Assembly: GCF_000142905.1 (NCBI RefSeq) | Contig: NW_013657668.1 | Coordinates: 420,492-484,491, forward strand | DNA length: 64,000 bases | Reading direction: 5' to 3' | Source of the DNA: Thecamonas trahens ATCC 50062 | Lineage: Eukaryota > Protista > Apusomonadida | Part shown: piece after piece, positions 1-9,794 of the stretch | Layout: every line of letters begins with the position of its first letter | Numbering within the stretch: the stretch's first letter is position 1 | Position numbers and translations under genes: made by a program | The notes under the pieces: model-generated | The model's database searches: none | The model's input: the letters and a program-made list of their open reading frames with translations, nothing else | Told to the model about the DNA's origin: nothing

Positions 1-1168
1 AAATGTCCAGCCCGGCGCCGGCACTGCCGAGATCGAGTACAGTTCCACAGCCACATTCACCGTTCGCGCCTTGAGAAGCGCGTCAAAGGCTGGCTGTGCC
101 CCAGAAATGAGCACCGTCAGTGTCTCGTTCTGCGAGCTCCACTGGTTCCGCCCCAGCGACGTCCGCCGAGACGACACCCCCGACAACGAGCCGAGATCAA
201 TGAGCCACTCTCGCACACTCTCACGCTCTTCCGGCACCACCGGCTTGTCGTCCAGGACTGTCAACTCCGGCAGGCATGCCAGCGTCAACTGCCGGTACGC
301 CTTGAGCAAGCTCAGCGGATTGCCCATCAACTTGAGATGCTTCAGCCGTGGCAGAGTCACCAGCGCCTTGAGCGCCTCGTCGAGGTCCTCAAGCACGTTG
401 AATGAAAGGTCAAATGAGAGCAGCCGCGGAAAAAGCTCGCCGAGCGTGACCACACCGCCAGTCCCAGACTTGACCGATGCCGCAGAGCCGCGGTCACCGC
501 CGGCCTTCACCACAAGATCGTCAACGTACACGCCCAGTGATGTGAGGTGGTTGTGCGAGAGCGAGAGATGGACAAGTGCGTTAGAGAACTTGCCCGAGTA
601 TGCCAGCGTCGAGCCGAGCGAGCCGCCAAGCGCGTTGCACCCCACATTGAGGATGGTGAGCTGAGGTGGAAGGACCGAGGGAATGCGAGAAATCGCGTTG
701 CCCGTCAATGACAACTCCTGGAGGCCAGGCATGAGTGCGAGGAACTCGTCGTCGATCTCGGTGATGCCGGCCTCGTGAAGCGAGAGAGTCTCAAAGAAGC
801 CGAACAGCCACTCTTTGTCAAAGTGGAAGAGCGAGTGCTCGCGCGAGAGTACATACAGCTCGGGCGCTTCGGCTGACCAGGAGAGCATGTGCTCTAGGTT
901 GGCATCAAGGAACGAGCGCTCACCAGTCACCGCTACGTCGTCGGCCTCAGGCACCACGTTGGAGAGCAGGATACGCGAGCCGACAATGGTCGGCGCAATT
1001 CTCCGACCCACTGGCTCCTTTTGCACCCGGAAGTTGCGCATCGGGTTCTCAATGCTGGCCCGCAGCGAGGCCACCGACGAGTCTGGAGAATCGGCCATCC
1101 GCAGATCGACCGCCCCACGCCCGCCGGCGGCACCGCCCTGTGACGACGCCGCCGAGGACGATGATGAT

Positions 1169-1203
<35 letters not shown>

Positions 1204-1584
1204 TGCCGACGACGAGGCCGACAATGACGAGTGCGGCCGGCCATCCTCAGCGGATGCGCCTCCGGCCGGACTACCACCGGTCCGGTGGCTTGAGCGGTGC
1301 AAACGGCCGGCCTGCGAGCGGTTGGCCGGCGGACGTGGGCGGGCAGCCTGCGTGCGTACAGGAGCATGAGCTTTGCGCAGAGAGCGCGAGGGCGGACGGA
1401 GCGGTGGTGGACGCAGAGAGTCGAGATACGCCTGGGTCATGGGCTGGATGCCCAGGGTGGCATGGACCACATCCAGGAAGGCCGCCGAGGCAGTGGCAGA
1501 AGGAGCCACCTCGTTGGGCAGCTGGCACACCTCGGCAGAGGGCCACCACAGCACTTGCTCGTCCCGCACACCTCCGTCCTGCAT
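1..1584 (-). CDS. LRRC43: Leucine-rich repeat protein, LRRC43-like (3' end runs off the window)
   Basis: Manual translation of an open minus frame absent from the ORF track: FDKEWLFGFFETLSLHEAGITEIDDEFL..LQELSLTGNAI..LTILNVGCNAL..FDLSFNVLEDL..LKHLKLMGNPLSLLKAYRQLTLACLPELTVLDD (LRRs plus LRRcap in the LRRC43 layout). Start uncertain (ATG at 1584, 1440 or further upstream); poly-Ser N-terminal region. Confidence 0.7.
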
Positions 1585-1804
1585 CCTCCCTCTTCTCAAA
1601 GCTACTCCCTGCGTGTCGAGCGAGGTGACGTGTTCTTCGTTCTTCTTGCTTGGTCGTCGCCTTGGCTGGCGCTGGTGAGTGGTCGAACCTGTGGGCGCCA
1701 CCATTGGGCGGTGGCCGACACAGCCTGTCGGACAGCCAGCCGGCTGGGCTGCATTGCTCACCTGGCTATGGATGATCTTTATGCTACGTCCAGAGGACAA
1801 GGGC

Positions 1805-4800
1805 TTACACAGACGTTGCAAGCGCTGCAAGATCAACGGCAGAGACCATCTTTCGCCCGCGGCGTCGGGTGGCCTGGGCAGCGGCGCGCCGGGCTCGCGC
1901 TTCTTCGCGCCGCCGCGTCTTGGCGTTGTCGGCAAGCGCCTTGTCCCACCGCACCTGAAACTGCGCCAGCGCACCAAGCAGGAACGAGATGTCGTGCTTG
2001 CTCGGATCCTCGCCGTACTTGATCATAACCTCGCGCGCCCGCGCCTCGACGTGCTCGAGATCGGCCACCAGCTCGGCCACCCGCTCGAGCGCCGTCTCCA
2101 TAAACGAGTCCAGCAGCTCGTGCAGCCGCGTGCCTGGATTGGTCTCACCAACTGCCTGCAGCTGCGCCGCGGCTGTATGCGTCCGACTCGCTAGCTCGCG
2201 CACCGCAGGGCCAACGGCGGTGGCGAGCGGCTTGCGTGCACCTGCGCCCGCATCCGCTAGCTCGGCACGGAGCCCAGCCTCGACCTCGGGCGCGTTGCGT
2301 TGGACGTGCGCCGCGAGGACGTGCAAGAGCGTGCACGAGCCATCAACGCTCTTGGTATCGGCAAGCGCGTTGAGCGAGGACGCGGCAAAGCCAAGGATCG
2401 GCCGCGCCGACGACGCAGTATAGTTGACAACTGCAAGGACAAGCTGGAGAATCCGCACAAGATGCACGCCCGACGCCAGCGAGCCCACAGCCGCGTGGAC
2501 CACCGCAATACCGGCTTCGGCCTCAGATGCGAGCTCAGCAAACTCGTTGTGGAAGACAAGAAGGTCGAGCTCGGCGCGGAGGTCCGGCACATCCATCACC
2601 GCTGCCACAAACTGAGAAGCCTTACCAAGTACAATCCCAGGTACTGGTGTCACAAGGTATGAACGCACAGCCTCCTCGTCCTCGGCGCTTGGTCGCACCG
2701 CAGCCAAGCGCTTGACCCGTTCCGGCGTCAGGACTCCCTCATCCACCACCACCAGCGCGTCGCGCAGTGAGTGCATCGGCAGATCGCGGAACTGTGCAAG
2801 CACAATCCCAATCTTCTGCGCCACCTTGGGCTCCAGAACCTCCATCACCTTGGCTCGCTTCTTGCTAGTGCTCTTGCTGCTCTTCACCGCCTTGGGCTCT
2901 GCGTTGAACAGCGGCTCGAGTGAGGCCAGATCAAGACCAAGTGGCGCCGCTGAGACCTCTACGTCCGCAAACACCGTCCCGGCCACTGCCTTGGAGGTGA
3001 GCGCCGAGACGCGAAGTTTGCGCATCTTGCAGCTTGCGCGCTTGAACCCACCGACTACCACTTCGGCCTTGACGCCCGGCGGCGGCGGCGGCGGTGGGCC
3101 TCCACCAGGCGGAGGTGGCGGCGGAGGCGGAGGCGGCGGCGGTGGGCCTCCCGGCGGCGGCGGAGACGGTCCGCTCCCGTCGCCACTTGCCCTCCGCTGC
3201 TTGGCCCGCTTGGCAAACCGTTTGAGCTTGATGACAGCCTTGAGTGGGACAGCCGCCGCCGAGATTCCGGCCGTCATCTTGTGGGCCTTGAGGTTTTTGC
3301 GAGTGGTTTGCAGCTCCTTGGTCACAAACTCGAGCTGGTTGCGCGCAGCCCGTATTGCCGAGCTAAAGGCTGCCACTTCGGCCTCGCGCCGTGCATGTGC
3401 CGCACGCAGCGCCTCGGTACCAGCACGCACAGCCGTTTGCTTTGCGGCCACCAGCGCGGCCTCGCGCTCGGCGGCGACAGCGTCGCGGCGTTGCAGCGCA
3501 CTGGCTGCTTGTGGCGCATCGGCGGAGAGCGTTGCTACCTGTGAGGTTAAGTCCGCAATCTGCGCTTGCAGCGCTGCCTCGCGCTTCCTCGCGCCATCGA
3601 TGTCCTCTCGATCAGCCATGAGCTTCCGAAGTTGTTCAACCCCGGCATCGCGCTTTGAGCTGGGTACCACCCCATTGCCAGCCACCTCGGCCACCAGCTT
3701 GGCAAGCCCGTCCCAGATCACAGACCCGCGCGCCGTTGAGCCAGGCACGGCCAGCAGTGACTGCATTACACTCACAAACGAGGCATACGTCTCGCCGGCG
3801 CTTCGTAGATTCGTCTGCAACAGTCGCGCCACAGCCACCGGATCATCTAGTGAGACATCGCCAAACTCGGCGAGCACCTTGTCGTGCGCCGCCGAAGCCT
3901 CGTAGCTCTCCATAGCGGCCTGCAGTGCACCGGCAGTCTTGTCGTCGTCGGCCGCGGCTTCGACGACCTCACCCAGGCGCGTCCACGCCGCCTCCCACAC
4001 CCCGGTCTCTTCCAGCATGGCTCGCATGGCGGTCCGCGCTGCAAGCTCAGGCGCACCATCAACCAGCGCGTTAACCAGCCGCATGTTGACCACCGGCTGC
4101 ACGCCCTCGACGTCGAGATCGGCATTGCCTAGCACCGCCACAATCTGCTGATACGGCCTGGCCCGAGCCCGCGGCTGATCTGCGGCGGCAGCGACCAACG
4201 AGGCCTGGACCAACGTGTGTGACTCACTCGAGTAGCGGGCAAGGCCAGTGAGCAAGTGCGCCGCCAGCCGCGCCACGCTCGGCACCTCAGAGTACGTTGC
4301 CTCCGCCAACCGCGCCACGTATGCGGGCTCAGCAGCCACAGCCTCCAGCCCGCTCACCGTCGCCATTGCTGTTGCCACCGTGTCAATAAGCTCCTCCTCG
4401 AAGATGTGAGTCTCGACATCAGCTTCTGCCCCGGTCTGCACCACCGAGAGCTCGTCAAACAGTGCCGCCAGCCCACCGCCGTCGACAAACTCCTCGGCCC
4501 ACTGCGAGCTCGCACCATCCAGCGCAGCCTTCACCCGCAGCAGCGTGTCCTGCTCGGGCGCCACTTGCAGGAGCCGGAGATAGTGCTCGACAGGCCGCGC
4601 TTCGGCAACAGGCACCACGCTCATTGATGCCGTGAGCGTAGGCATAACTTCGACGTCTGCACCCACGAGGTCCAGCCCTGAGCCCTTTCGCTTCTGATCA
4701 TTGTCGAGCTCGATCAAGTCGTTGAACGAGAGCACTTTGTCAGCTGGCGGTTGCGGCTGACCGCCTAGCAGCAGCGCTGGTGAGTTGGCACGTGAGGCGG

Positions 4801-6745
4801 GCTTGGCCGTACTGCTCCCGTCAGCGGCCAGCTCACCCATCTTGGTGTGGGCGGTGGCAAGCGCAGCGAGAAGATGGACTCGTTCGGCTGCATGGACCAC
4901 ATCGTCGGTGCCAGAATCACCGACTTCGACGGCCTCGAGTTCCTCGAGCGCATGCTTGAGCTGCGGGCCAAGCCAAGAGATCGACTGCGCCCCAGGCGTG
5001 GCCAGCGCAGATCGGCCTTGGTTCGCTGCTGCCAACACCATGCCCTCGGCCTCGCCCAGATCGCCGGATCCGAGGGCCTGCGAGAGCCTCTCGACTGCGG
5101 TGTAGTCGTGTCCACTCGAGTCTTGACCACCAGCCCCAGTGTGAGCATCGATGGCCTCGGCTAGGCTGCCAGCCGCCGTGACAACAGCGTCATTGTCGCG
5201 GCCAGTGTCGAGCGCGCTAGCCAGCGTCTTGGTCGCAAACTCAAGTTCGTGGGTGCCGGCCACCTGATGGAGGGCAAGCCCGGCTGTGAGAAGGGCAGTT
5301 GCGCTCTCAGGCTTGCTGAGGCCTAGCAGCGCTTGGGATGAAACGCTGCGCGCGGCAGCAGCGGTTCGACTGAGGGTGGCGGGCGCGCCAGCAGCATCCA
5401 TGGCTGCCAGCGTGCACGCGGATCCGGCGTCGAGTGCAGCATGCAGGGTTGCTATGAGCGAGGTGATGGCACGAGCGGCGTGCTTGGCACTACGCCGTGA
5501 CGTCGGGCGAGTGGAGATCTCGGCAAGAGCACGGCTCCCGGCCGCGCGTGCTGTCTCTAGCGCCCTGGCATGGCTGCGCAGCAAGTCGCCGCTGGGCGCG
5601 TCCACAGCGCCGGAAGCCTGTTCCAAATGTCCAATGGCATCAACGGCAAGAGCTACAAGATGCTGCAGCTCGCTAGCGGCATCATGGGGACGCTGACGAA
5701 CGTCCGCGGCGGACCATGCCGAGGGAACCTGGGCGGCAAGCAGGGCGAGGTTGGCCAGCGGCGGGGCCCACAGCTCGCGAGCGTCCGCATCGTCTAAGCC
5801 GAGTGAGGCGTTACCAGCCCGCTGTGCAAGAGCAATGCCGGCTTCTGCCGCCGCTGCCAGGACCGCTGACGCCGCCGCCAGCTTGGCACGCGACGCAACG
5901 GTCTTGCGGCGGCGGTATGCCTTGGCATTTCGGCGGACAGCCTTGCCGCACGCGCGGATGTGGATCCGTGCCCGCTGCAGTCGTCGAGTGTCAGCTCGCG
6001 AGTCGACCAGCGGTTCGAGCTTCTCCATCAGCGCAAGCATGTCAGCGACAGCTGTGACGTGTTCACGGGCTCGCGCCGTTAGCGACGAGCCTGACGGATC
6101 AAGTGGCGTGGTCACGGCCTCACCCGCGACCGCAATGCCATCTAGGACCCGCCGCAGCGCCTTTTCGTCAAGAGGAGGCTCAACATAGCCAAGCCCGTGT
6201 CGCTTGGGTAGTAGCTGTAGCGCTGCCGCTGCCCATCCGGGATCATCGTCCAGCGCGCCGACAAACCGAACCACAGCTGGGGCGTTGTTCGGCGGAACGA
6301 GGACTGGGAGGCCGGCGCGCAGCGCAACGCCGACCCCGGGAGCCAGCCCGGCGTCAAACAGGCGCGATCGGTTCTGCTCAACCTTGCGCACGTCGTCCTG
6401 GCTCGCCAAGGCGAGCAGGCTCAGTCCATGACGCTTTGGTGAGAGGTGATCCGAGTTGGGCGGCGTGACTTGTTCCACCGTCTTTGCGAGATAACCAGCA
6501 GCCAGAGCACGTTCAACAGGATCGATGCGTTCGAGAGCCTTTGGGCGGACAAATACACCATGTCGAGGCCGTGCATCAAAGTAGCGGACACCATCGACTG
6601 ATCCGTTGTTCTTGCCCACGGGGCGGGAGCAGACGAGGCCAACCCATGTACCACGGGCAAACTCTGTAGAACCGACATAAGCTACTGTAGCCTCCTCCCA
6701 CTGCAAGGGTCTCACTCGTACAACATCTCCCACTTGTACACGCAT
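1805..6745 (-). CDS. Formin with N-terminal CAP-Gly domain, Ala-rich helical region, GBD/FH3, coiled coil, FH1 and FH2
   Basis: CAP-Gly motif YVGSTEFARGTWVGL..GKNNGSVDGVRYF..HGVFVRP; GBD/FH3-like WAEEFVDGGGLAAL and MRLVNALVD; poly-Pro FH1 at about 3078-3175; FH2 motifs AQKIGIVL, LQLVLAVVNY, SLNALADTKS, TLLHVL, KYGED. Confidence 0.9.
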   Translation of the reverse strand: MRVQVGDVVRVRPLQWEEATVAYVGSTEFARGTWVGLVCSRPVGKNNGSVDGVRYFDARPRHGVFVRPKALERIDPVERALAAGYLAKTVEQVTPPNSDHLSPKRHGLSLLALASQDDVRKVEQNRSRLFDAGLAPGVGVALRAGLPVLVPPNNAPAVVRFVGALDDDPGWAAAALQLLPKRHGLGYVEPPLDEKALRRVLDGIAVAGEAVTTPLDPSGSSLTARAREHVTAVADMLALMEKLEPLVDSRADTRRLQRARIHIRACGKAVRRNAKAYRRRKTVASRAKLAAASAVLAAAAEAGIALAQRAGNASLGLDDADARELWAPPLANLALLAAQVPSAWSAADVRQRPHDAASELQHLVALAVDAIGHLEQASGAVDAPSGDLLRSHARALETARAAGSRALAEISTRPTSRRSAKHAARAITSLIATLHAALDAGSACTLAAMDAAGAPATLSRTAAAARSVSSQALLGLSKPESATALLTAGLALHQVAGTHELEFATKTLASALDTGRDNDAVVTAAGSLAEAIDAHTGAGGQDSSGHDYTAVERLSQALGSGDLGEAEGMVLAAANQGRSALATPGAQSISWLGPQLKHALEELEAVEVGDSGTDDVVHAAERVHLLAALATAHTKMGELAADGSSTAKPASRANSPALLLGGQPQPPADKVLSFNDLIELDNDQKRKGSGLDLVGADVEVMPTLTASMSVVPVAEARPVEHYLRLLQVAPEQDTLLRVKAALDGASSQWAEEFVDGGGLAALFDELSVVQTGAEADVETHIFEEELIDTVATAMATVSGLEAVAAEPAYVARLAEATYSEVPSVARLAAHLLTGLARYSSESHTLVQASLVAAAADQPRARARPYQQIVAVLGNADLDVEGVQPVVNMRLVNALVDGAPELAARTAMRAMLEETGVWEAAWTRLGEVVEAAADDDKTAGALQAAMESYEASAAHDKVLAEFGDVSLDDPVAVARLLQTNLRSAGETYASFVSVMQSLLAVPGSTARGSVIWDGLAKLVAEVAGNGVVPSSKRDAGVEQLRKLMADREDIDGARKREAALQAQIADLTSQVATLSADAPQAASALQRRDAVAAEREAALVAAKQTAVRAGTEALRAAHARREAEVAAFSSAIRAARNQLEFVTKELQTTRKNLKAHKMTAGISAAAVPLKAVIKLKRFAKRAKQRRASGDGSGPSPPPPGGPPPPPPPPPPPPPGGGPPPPPPPGVKAEVVVGGFKRASCKMRKLRVSALTSKAVAGTVFADVEVSAAPLGLDLASLEPLFNAEPKAVKSSKSTSKKRAKVMEVLEPKVAQKIGIVLAQFRDLPMHSLRDALVVVDEGVLTPERVKRLAAVRPSAEDEEAVRSYLVTPVPGIVLGKASQFVAAVMDVPDLRAELDLLVFHNEFAELASEAEAGIAVVHAAVGSLASGVHLVRILQLVLAVVNYTASSARPILGFAASSLNALADTKSVDGSCTLLHVLAAHVQRNAPEVEAGLRAELADAGAGARKPLATAVGPAVRELASRTHTAAAQLQAVGETNPGTRLHELLDSFMETALERVAELVADLEHVEARAREVMIKYGEDPSKHDISFLLGALAQFQVRWDKALADNAKTRRREEARARRAAAQATRRRGRKMVSAVDLAALATSV

Positions 6746-6961
6746 CTACTTCTTTCCCCTCTAAAGTCACGTGTCCCCTCCCCCCCCCCCCTCCCCCCGC
6801 CTCCTTCCCCTGTCACCTGAAGGGCTCTGTCCTCGCCCCCCACGCCCCACGCCCCCCCCCCCCCCCGGGGTTTTGTTGTTCGGGAGGGAGGTGTGCCCCC
6901 CCGTGTCTCCCCAGAGAGCGAAAGGGGTCGCGCCGGGTGACATTTTTCGCCGCGCCATGCC

Positions 6962-7061
6962 NNNNNNNNNNNNNNNNNNNNNNNNNNNNNNNNNNNNNNN
7001 NNNNNNNNNNNNNNNNNNNNNNNNNNNNNNNNNNNNNNNNNNNNNNNNNNNNNNNNNNNNN
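6962..7061. other. Assembly gap (100 N)
   Basis: N run flanked by poly-C tracts. Confidence 1.
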
Positions 7062-7370
7062 ACGTCACCCCCCCCCCCCTCCTGTTTTCGCTGCCGCCTG
7101 ATCGTTTGCCCCTCCTCTTCCTCCCGATGTGCGACATGGGCTCAGCCCCTGGACCATCTTCCCCCCCCCCCCCCCATCGCAGTCTTGGATTAGCTTCACG
7201 AGTTCATCGCATCTGTTCTCGTTGTGCCCAACTCGGGGCGTGTGGTCGTCGCTCAATGTGGGCGCCAACTCCCTCCACCGCCCACCCCCACCTCACCCCT
7301 CATCTCTCTCACCTCTCCCCACCTCCCCCCACCTACTTGGGCTCTGGGCTCTGGGTTGTGGTTTGAGGGT

Positions 7371-9791
7371 ATGGCTGGCGTTGGCGTGGAGAAGGCTGGG
7401 GTGGAACAGGTGGTGGCGGAGAGTGGGCACCGGTCTGACGAGGGGAGCTTGGCCGGGACAGCGACGGTGACAACGATGGCGGTGGGGAAGCAGATGGAAG
7501 ACCAATCAGAGGGAGATGGAAGCAAGACGGCGCTGACGTCATGGCGGCTGGCAGTGTCTGCGCCTGTTGCAGCACATATGGCCAAGTGGCTGGCGGCGCG
7601 GGCTGCACGATGGCGGGCGGCAGAGCTGATGGCTCGTAGTCACGGCCGCCAGCGCCTCCGCTCCGTCCTCCGGGCGTGGGCGGCAGAGGCTGCATCGGCT
7701 GCGCCATTCTCACAGGCAAGGGCTGCCGCGGCTGAGGAAATGGCTAACGAGCGGATTGTCCGACGCGCCCGGCTAGCGCTGCTCGACTGGAAGGAGCTGG
7801 CAACCTCGCCGCGGTGGTCGGCCAAGGCCCGCCGTGCCGCACACCAGCGCCGGGTCGAGCGGGTCACCGCTCGCCTGGAGGCTGCTCTGCCACCTCGAGG
7901 TGGTGTTCGCATCACGCCTGACATCCTGGCTGCTGCCATCGACGACGACGCTATCGCTCAGTGGCATGCCATGATCGGCGCCCGCCTCGGCCGGACCGCG
8001 CTCCGCGCCTGGCACGCTTACACTGTTCGCATGCGAACGGCTGGCGTTGTCAACAACGCGGCATTTCTCACGGCCAAGGTCAACGCCCACCAGGTGGCGT
8101 ATGCTGAGCAGCTGGCCACCATGCGGAAAGCTTTTACTGCCTGGAAGCGGGCCTCGATTGTTGAGCACAGGCTCGTGGCTATGGGCCGCGCCGCACGCCG
8201 CGCCGAGCTCGGCGCTGCGCTCAAAGCCTGGCGGGTGGCGGCCGCCCGACAGCGCGCGCTCAAGCTTGCAGTAGTCGACCGATGGCTGGTTACCGTCTCG
8301 TGGCGCATGATGGTCACGTTCCGGGCTTGGCGACTCTGGGCGCTGCAGCGTCGCCAGGCCCGTCTTCCACAGCAGGCGCTCATGGCTGCTTTCCAGCGGC
8401 GGCGGACCCGCAACGTTCTTGCTGCCACCTTTTCGGCGTGGGCCTCGATTGTGCCCAAGCGAGTCGAGGCTGTCATCATTGCCGAGGACTACGCCCTGCT
8501 CCGCCGCGAAAACGCAGCCCTCCGTGCAAACCTCACCGTTGCGGTCGAGTCAGCGGCCGCATCGGCGGATGCTCTCCAGCACGCACACCTCGCTCTTGCC
8601 AACTACGAGGACCGTCTGCTTGCTGCCGAAGACGCAAATGTCAAGCTCCGCATCCAGGTTCTGGCGCTGCAGCGCAAGCTGGGGCTCAAGCCGGTTGCCC
8701 CCGAAGCACGCGGCGCCGTCTCGCGCGGAAGCCAAACTGTCCTGCTCCCTGCCCCGCTGCGTATTTCACCTGTCTCTTCGCCGCGAGTTGCTTTGCTCGG
8801 CCCACCCGGGCATGCTCCGATTCCGATGCGAGCTGGTGGCGGCATGGACGCTGGTGGCGGTGCGCCGCCGCACGGCCGCAGAACACCCACCTCACCTTTG
8901 GCTCGCTTCTCATCGTCGGCGGTCGCTTCTGACGGCAGCGCGGTGTGGCGGTCGCGGTCACGATCTCCATCTATCTCAGCCCAGCTCTCTCCGTTGGACA
9001 CCTCGACCGGCTCACTCGCGCGCTCGATCTCGTTTTCCGAGAACACTGACTTGAGCGACTCTCAGACCATGGTCATTCGTACCGATTCGGTGGCGGGCTC
9101 CGCGCTCTTGCAGGCTTTGAGTGCAATCTCGTCGTCGGGTTCCTACTCGTCATCATCATCATCATCATCACTGTCGTTGCGGTCATCGTTTACCTGCCCA
9201 AGGCACCCGATGCATGGGGCGACAGCGTCCGACACCAGTGACAACGTCTCGTCGTGCTCGACCCCACAGCTCACCAACCCGATGCGGTCTACCATCCAAA
9301 AAGCCTTCCCGTCTGGCATGGTCGCCCGGCGTAACATTTTGCTAGCCAGTGGGCGGAGCTCGTCGGCGGCATCGCTCTCTCGCTGCCAACCGGCGGAGAA
9401 GCGACCGAGGCGGGCGAGCGAGCTGCCATCGTTCTCGTTCTCGTCGTCTTCGTCGTCGGACATTGTTTCGCCACGCGAGGAGCTGATCTCGCGCCCGGCG
9501 TCGGCCGTCGCGCATGCTGTTCCGGATACAGGTGGCGCTGACGAGCACTCTAGCTCGTCTTTATCGTCGTCGTCTTCGTCGACGCCGCTCATCATCCACC
9601 AGGCCGCGCAGCACTCGTGCTCATCGTCATCGTCGACGCCTGTCGTCGTCCAACAGAACCGTCATGAGTCGGACGATTCCGACTCGGCCATCTCCATCGA
9701 TGCGGCGTCGCAGCCGTCGCTGGTAGGCAAGTCGCCCCCGCACACTCTGACCAGTGTGCGGGACTCTGTTCAGGCCGAGCTTCGGCCGTAG
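7371..9791 (+). CDS. Sfi1/POC5-like Trp-repeat (centrin-binding) protein with coiled coil and Ser-rich tail
   Basis: Periodic (L/F)xxW motifs in basic helices: LRSVLRAW, LLDWK, LRAWH, AFTAWK, LKAWR, FRAWR, FSAWA. First plausible ATG is 7371. Confidence 0.6.
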   Translation: MAGVGVEKAGVEQVVAESGHRSDEGSLAGTATVTTMAVGKQMEDQSEGDGSKTALTSWRLAVSAPVAAHMAKWLAARAARWRAAELMARSHGRQRLRSVLRAWAAEAASAAPFSQARAAAAEEMANERIVRRARLALLDWKELATSPRWSAKARRAAHQRRVERVTARLEAALPPRGGVRITPDILAAAIDDDAIAQWHAMIGARLGRTALRAWHAYTVRMRTAGVVNNAAFLTAKVNAHQVAYAEQLATMRKAFTAWKRASIVEHRLVAMGRAARRAELGAALKAWRVAAARQRALKLAVVDRWLVTVSWRMMVTFRAWRLWALQRRQARLPQQALMAAFQRRRTRNVLAATFSAWASIVPKRVEAVIIAEDYALLRRENAALRANLTVAVESAAASADALQHAHLALANYEDRLLAAEDANVKLRIQVLALQRKLGLKPVAPEARGAVSRGSQTVLLPAPLRISPVSSPRVALLGPPGHAPIPMRAGGGMDAGGGAPPHGRRTPTSPLARFSSSAVASDGSAVWRSRSRSPSISAQLSPLDTSTGSLARSISFSENTDLSDSQTMVIRTDSVAGSALLQALSAISSSGSYSSSSSSSSLSLRSSFTCPRHPMHGATASDTSDNVSSCSTPQLTNPMRSTIQKAFPSGMVARRNILLASGRSSSAASLSRCQPAEKRPRRASELPSFSFSSSSSSDIVSPREELISRPASAVAHAVPDTGGADEHSSSSLSSSSSSTPLIIHQAAQHSCSSSSSTPVVVQQNRHESDDSDSAISIDAASQPSLVGKSPPHTLTSVRDSVQAELRP

Positions 9792-9794
9792 CGC

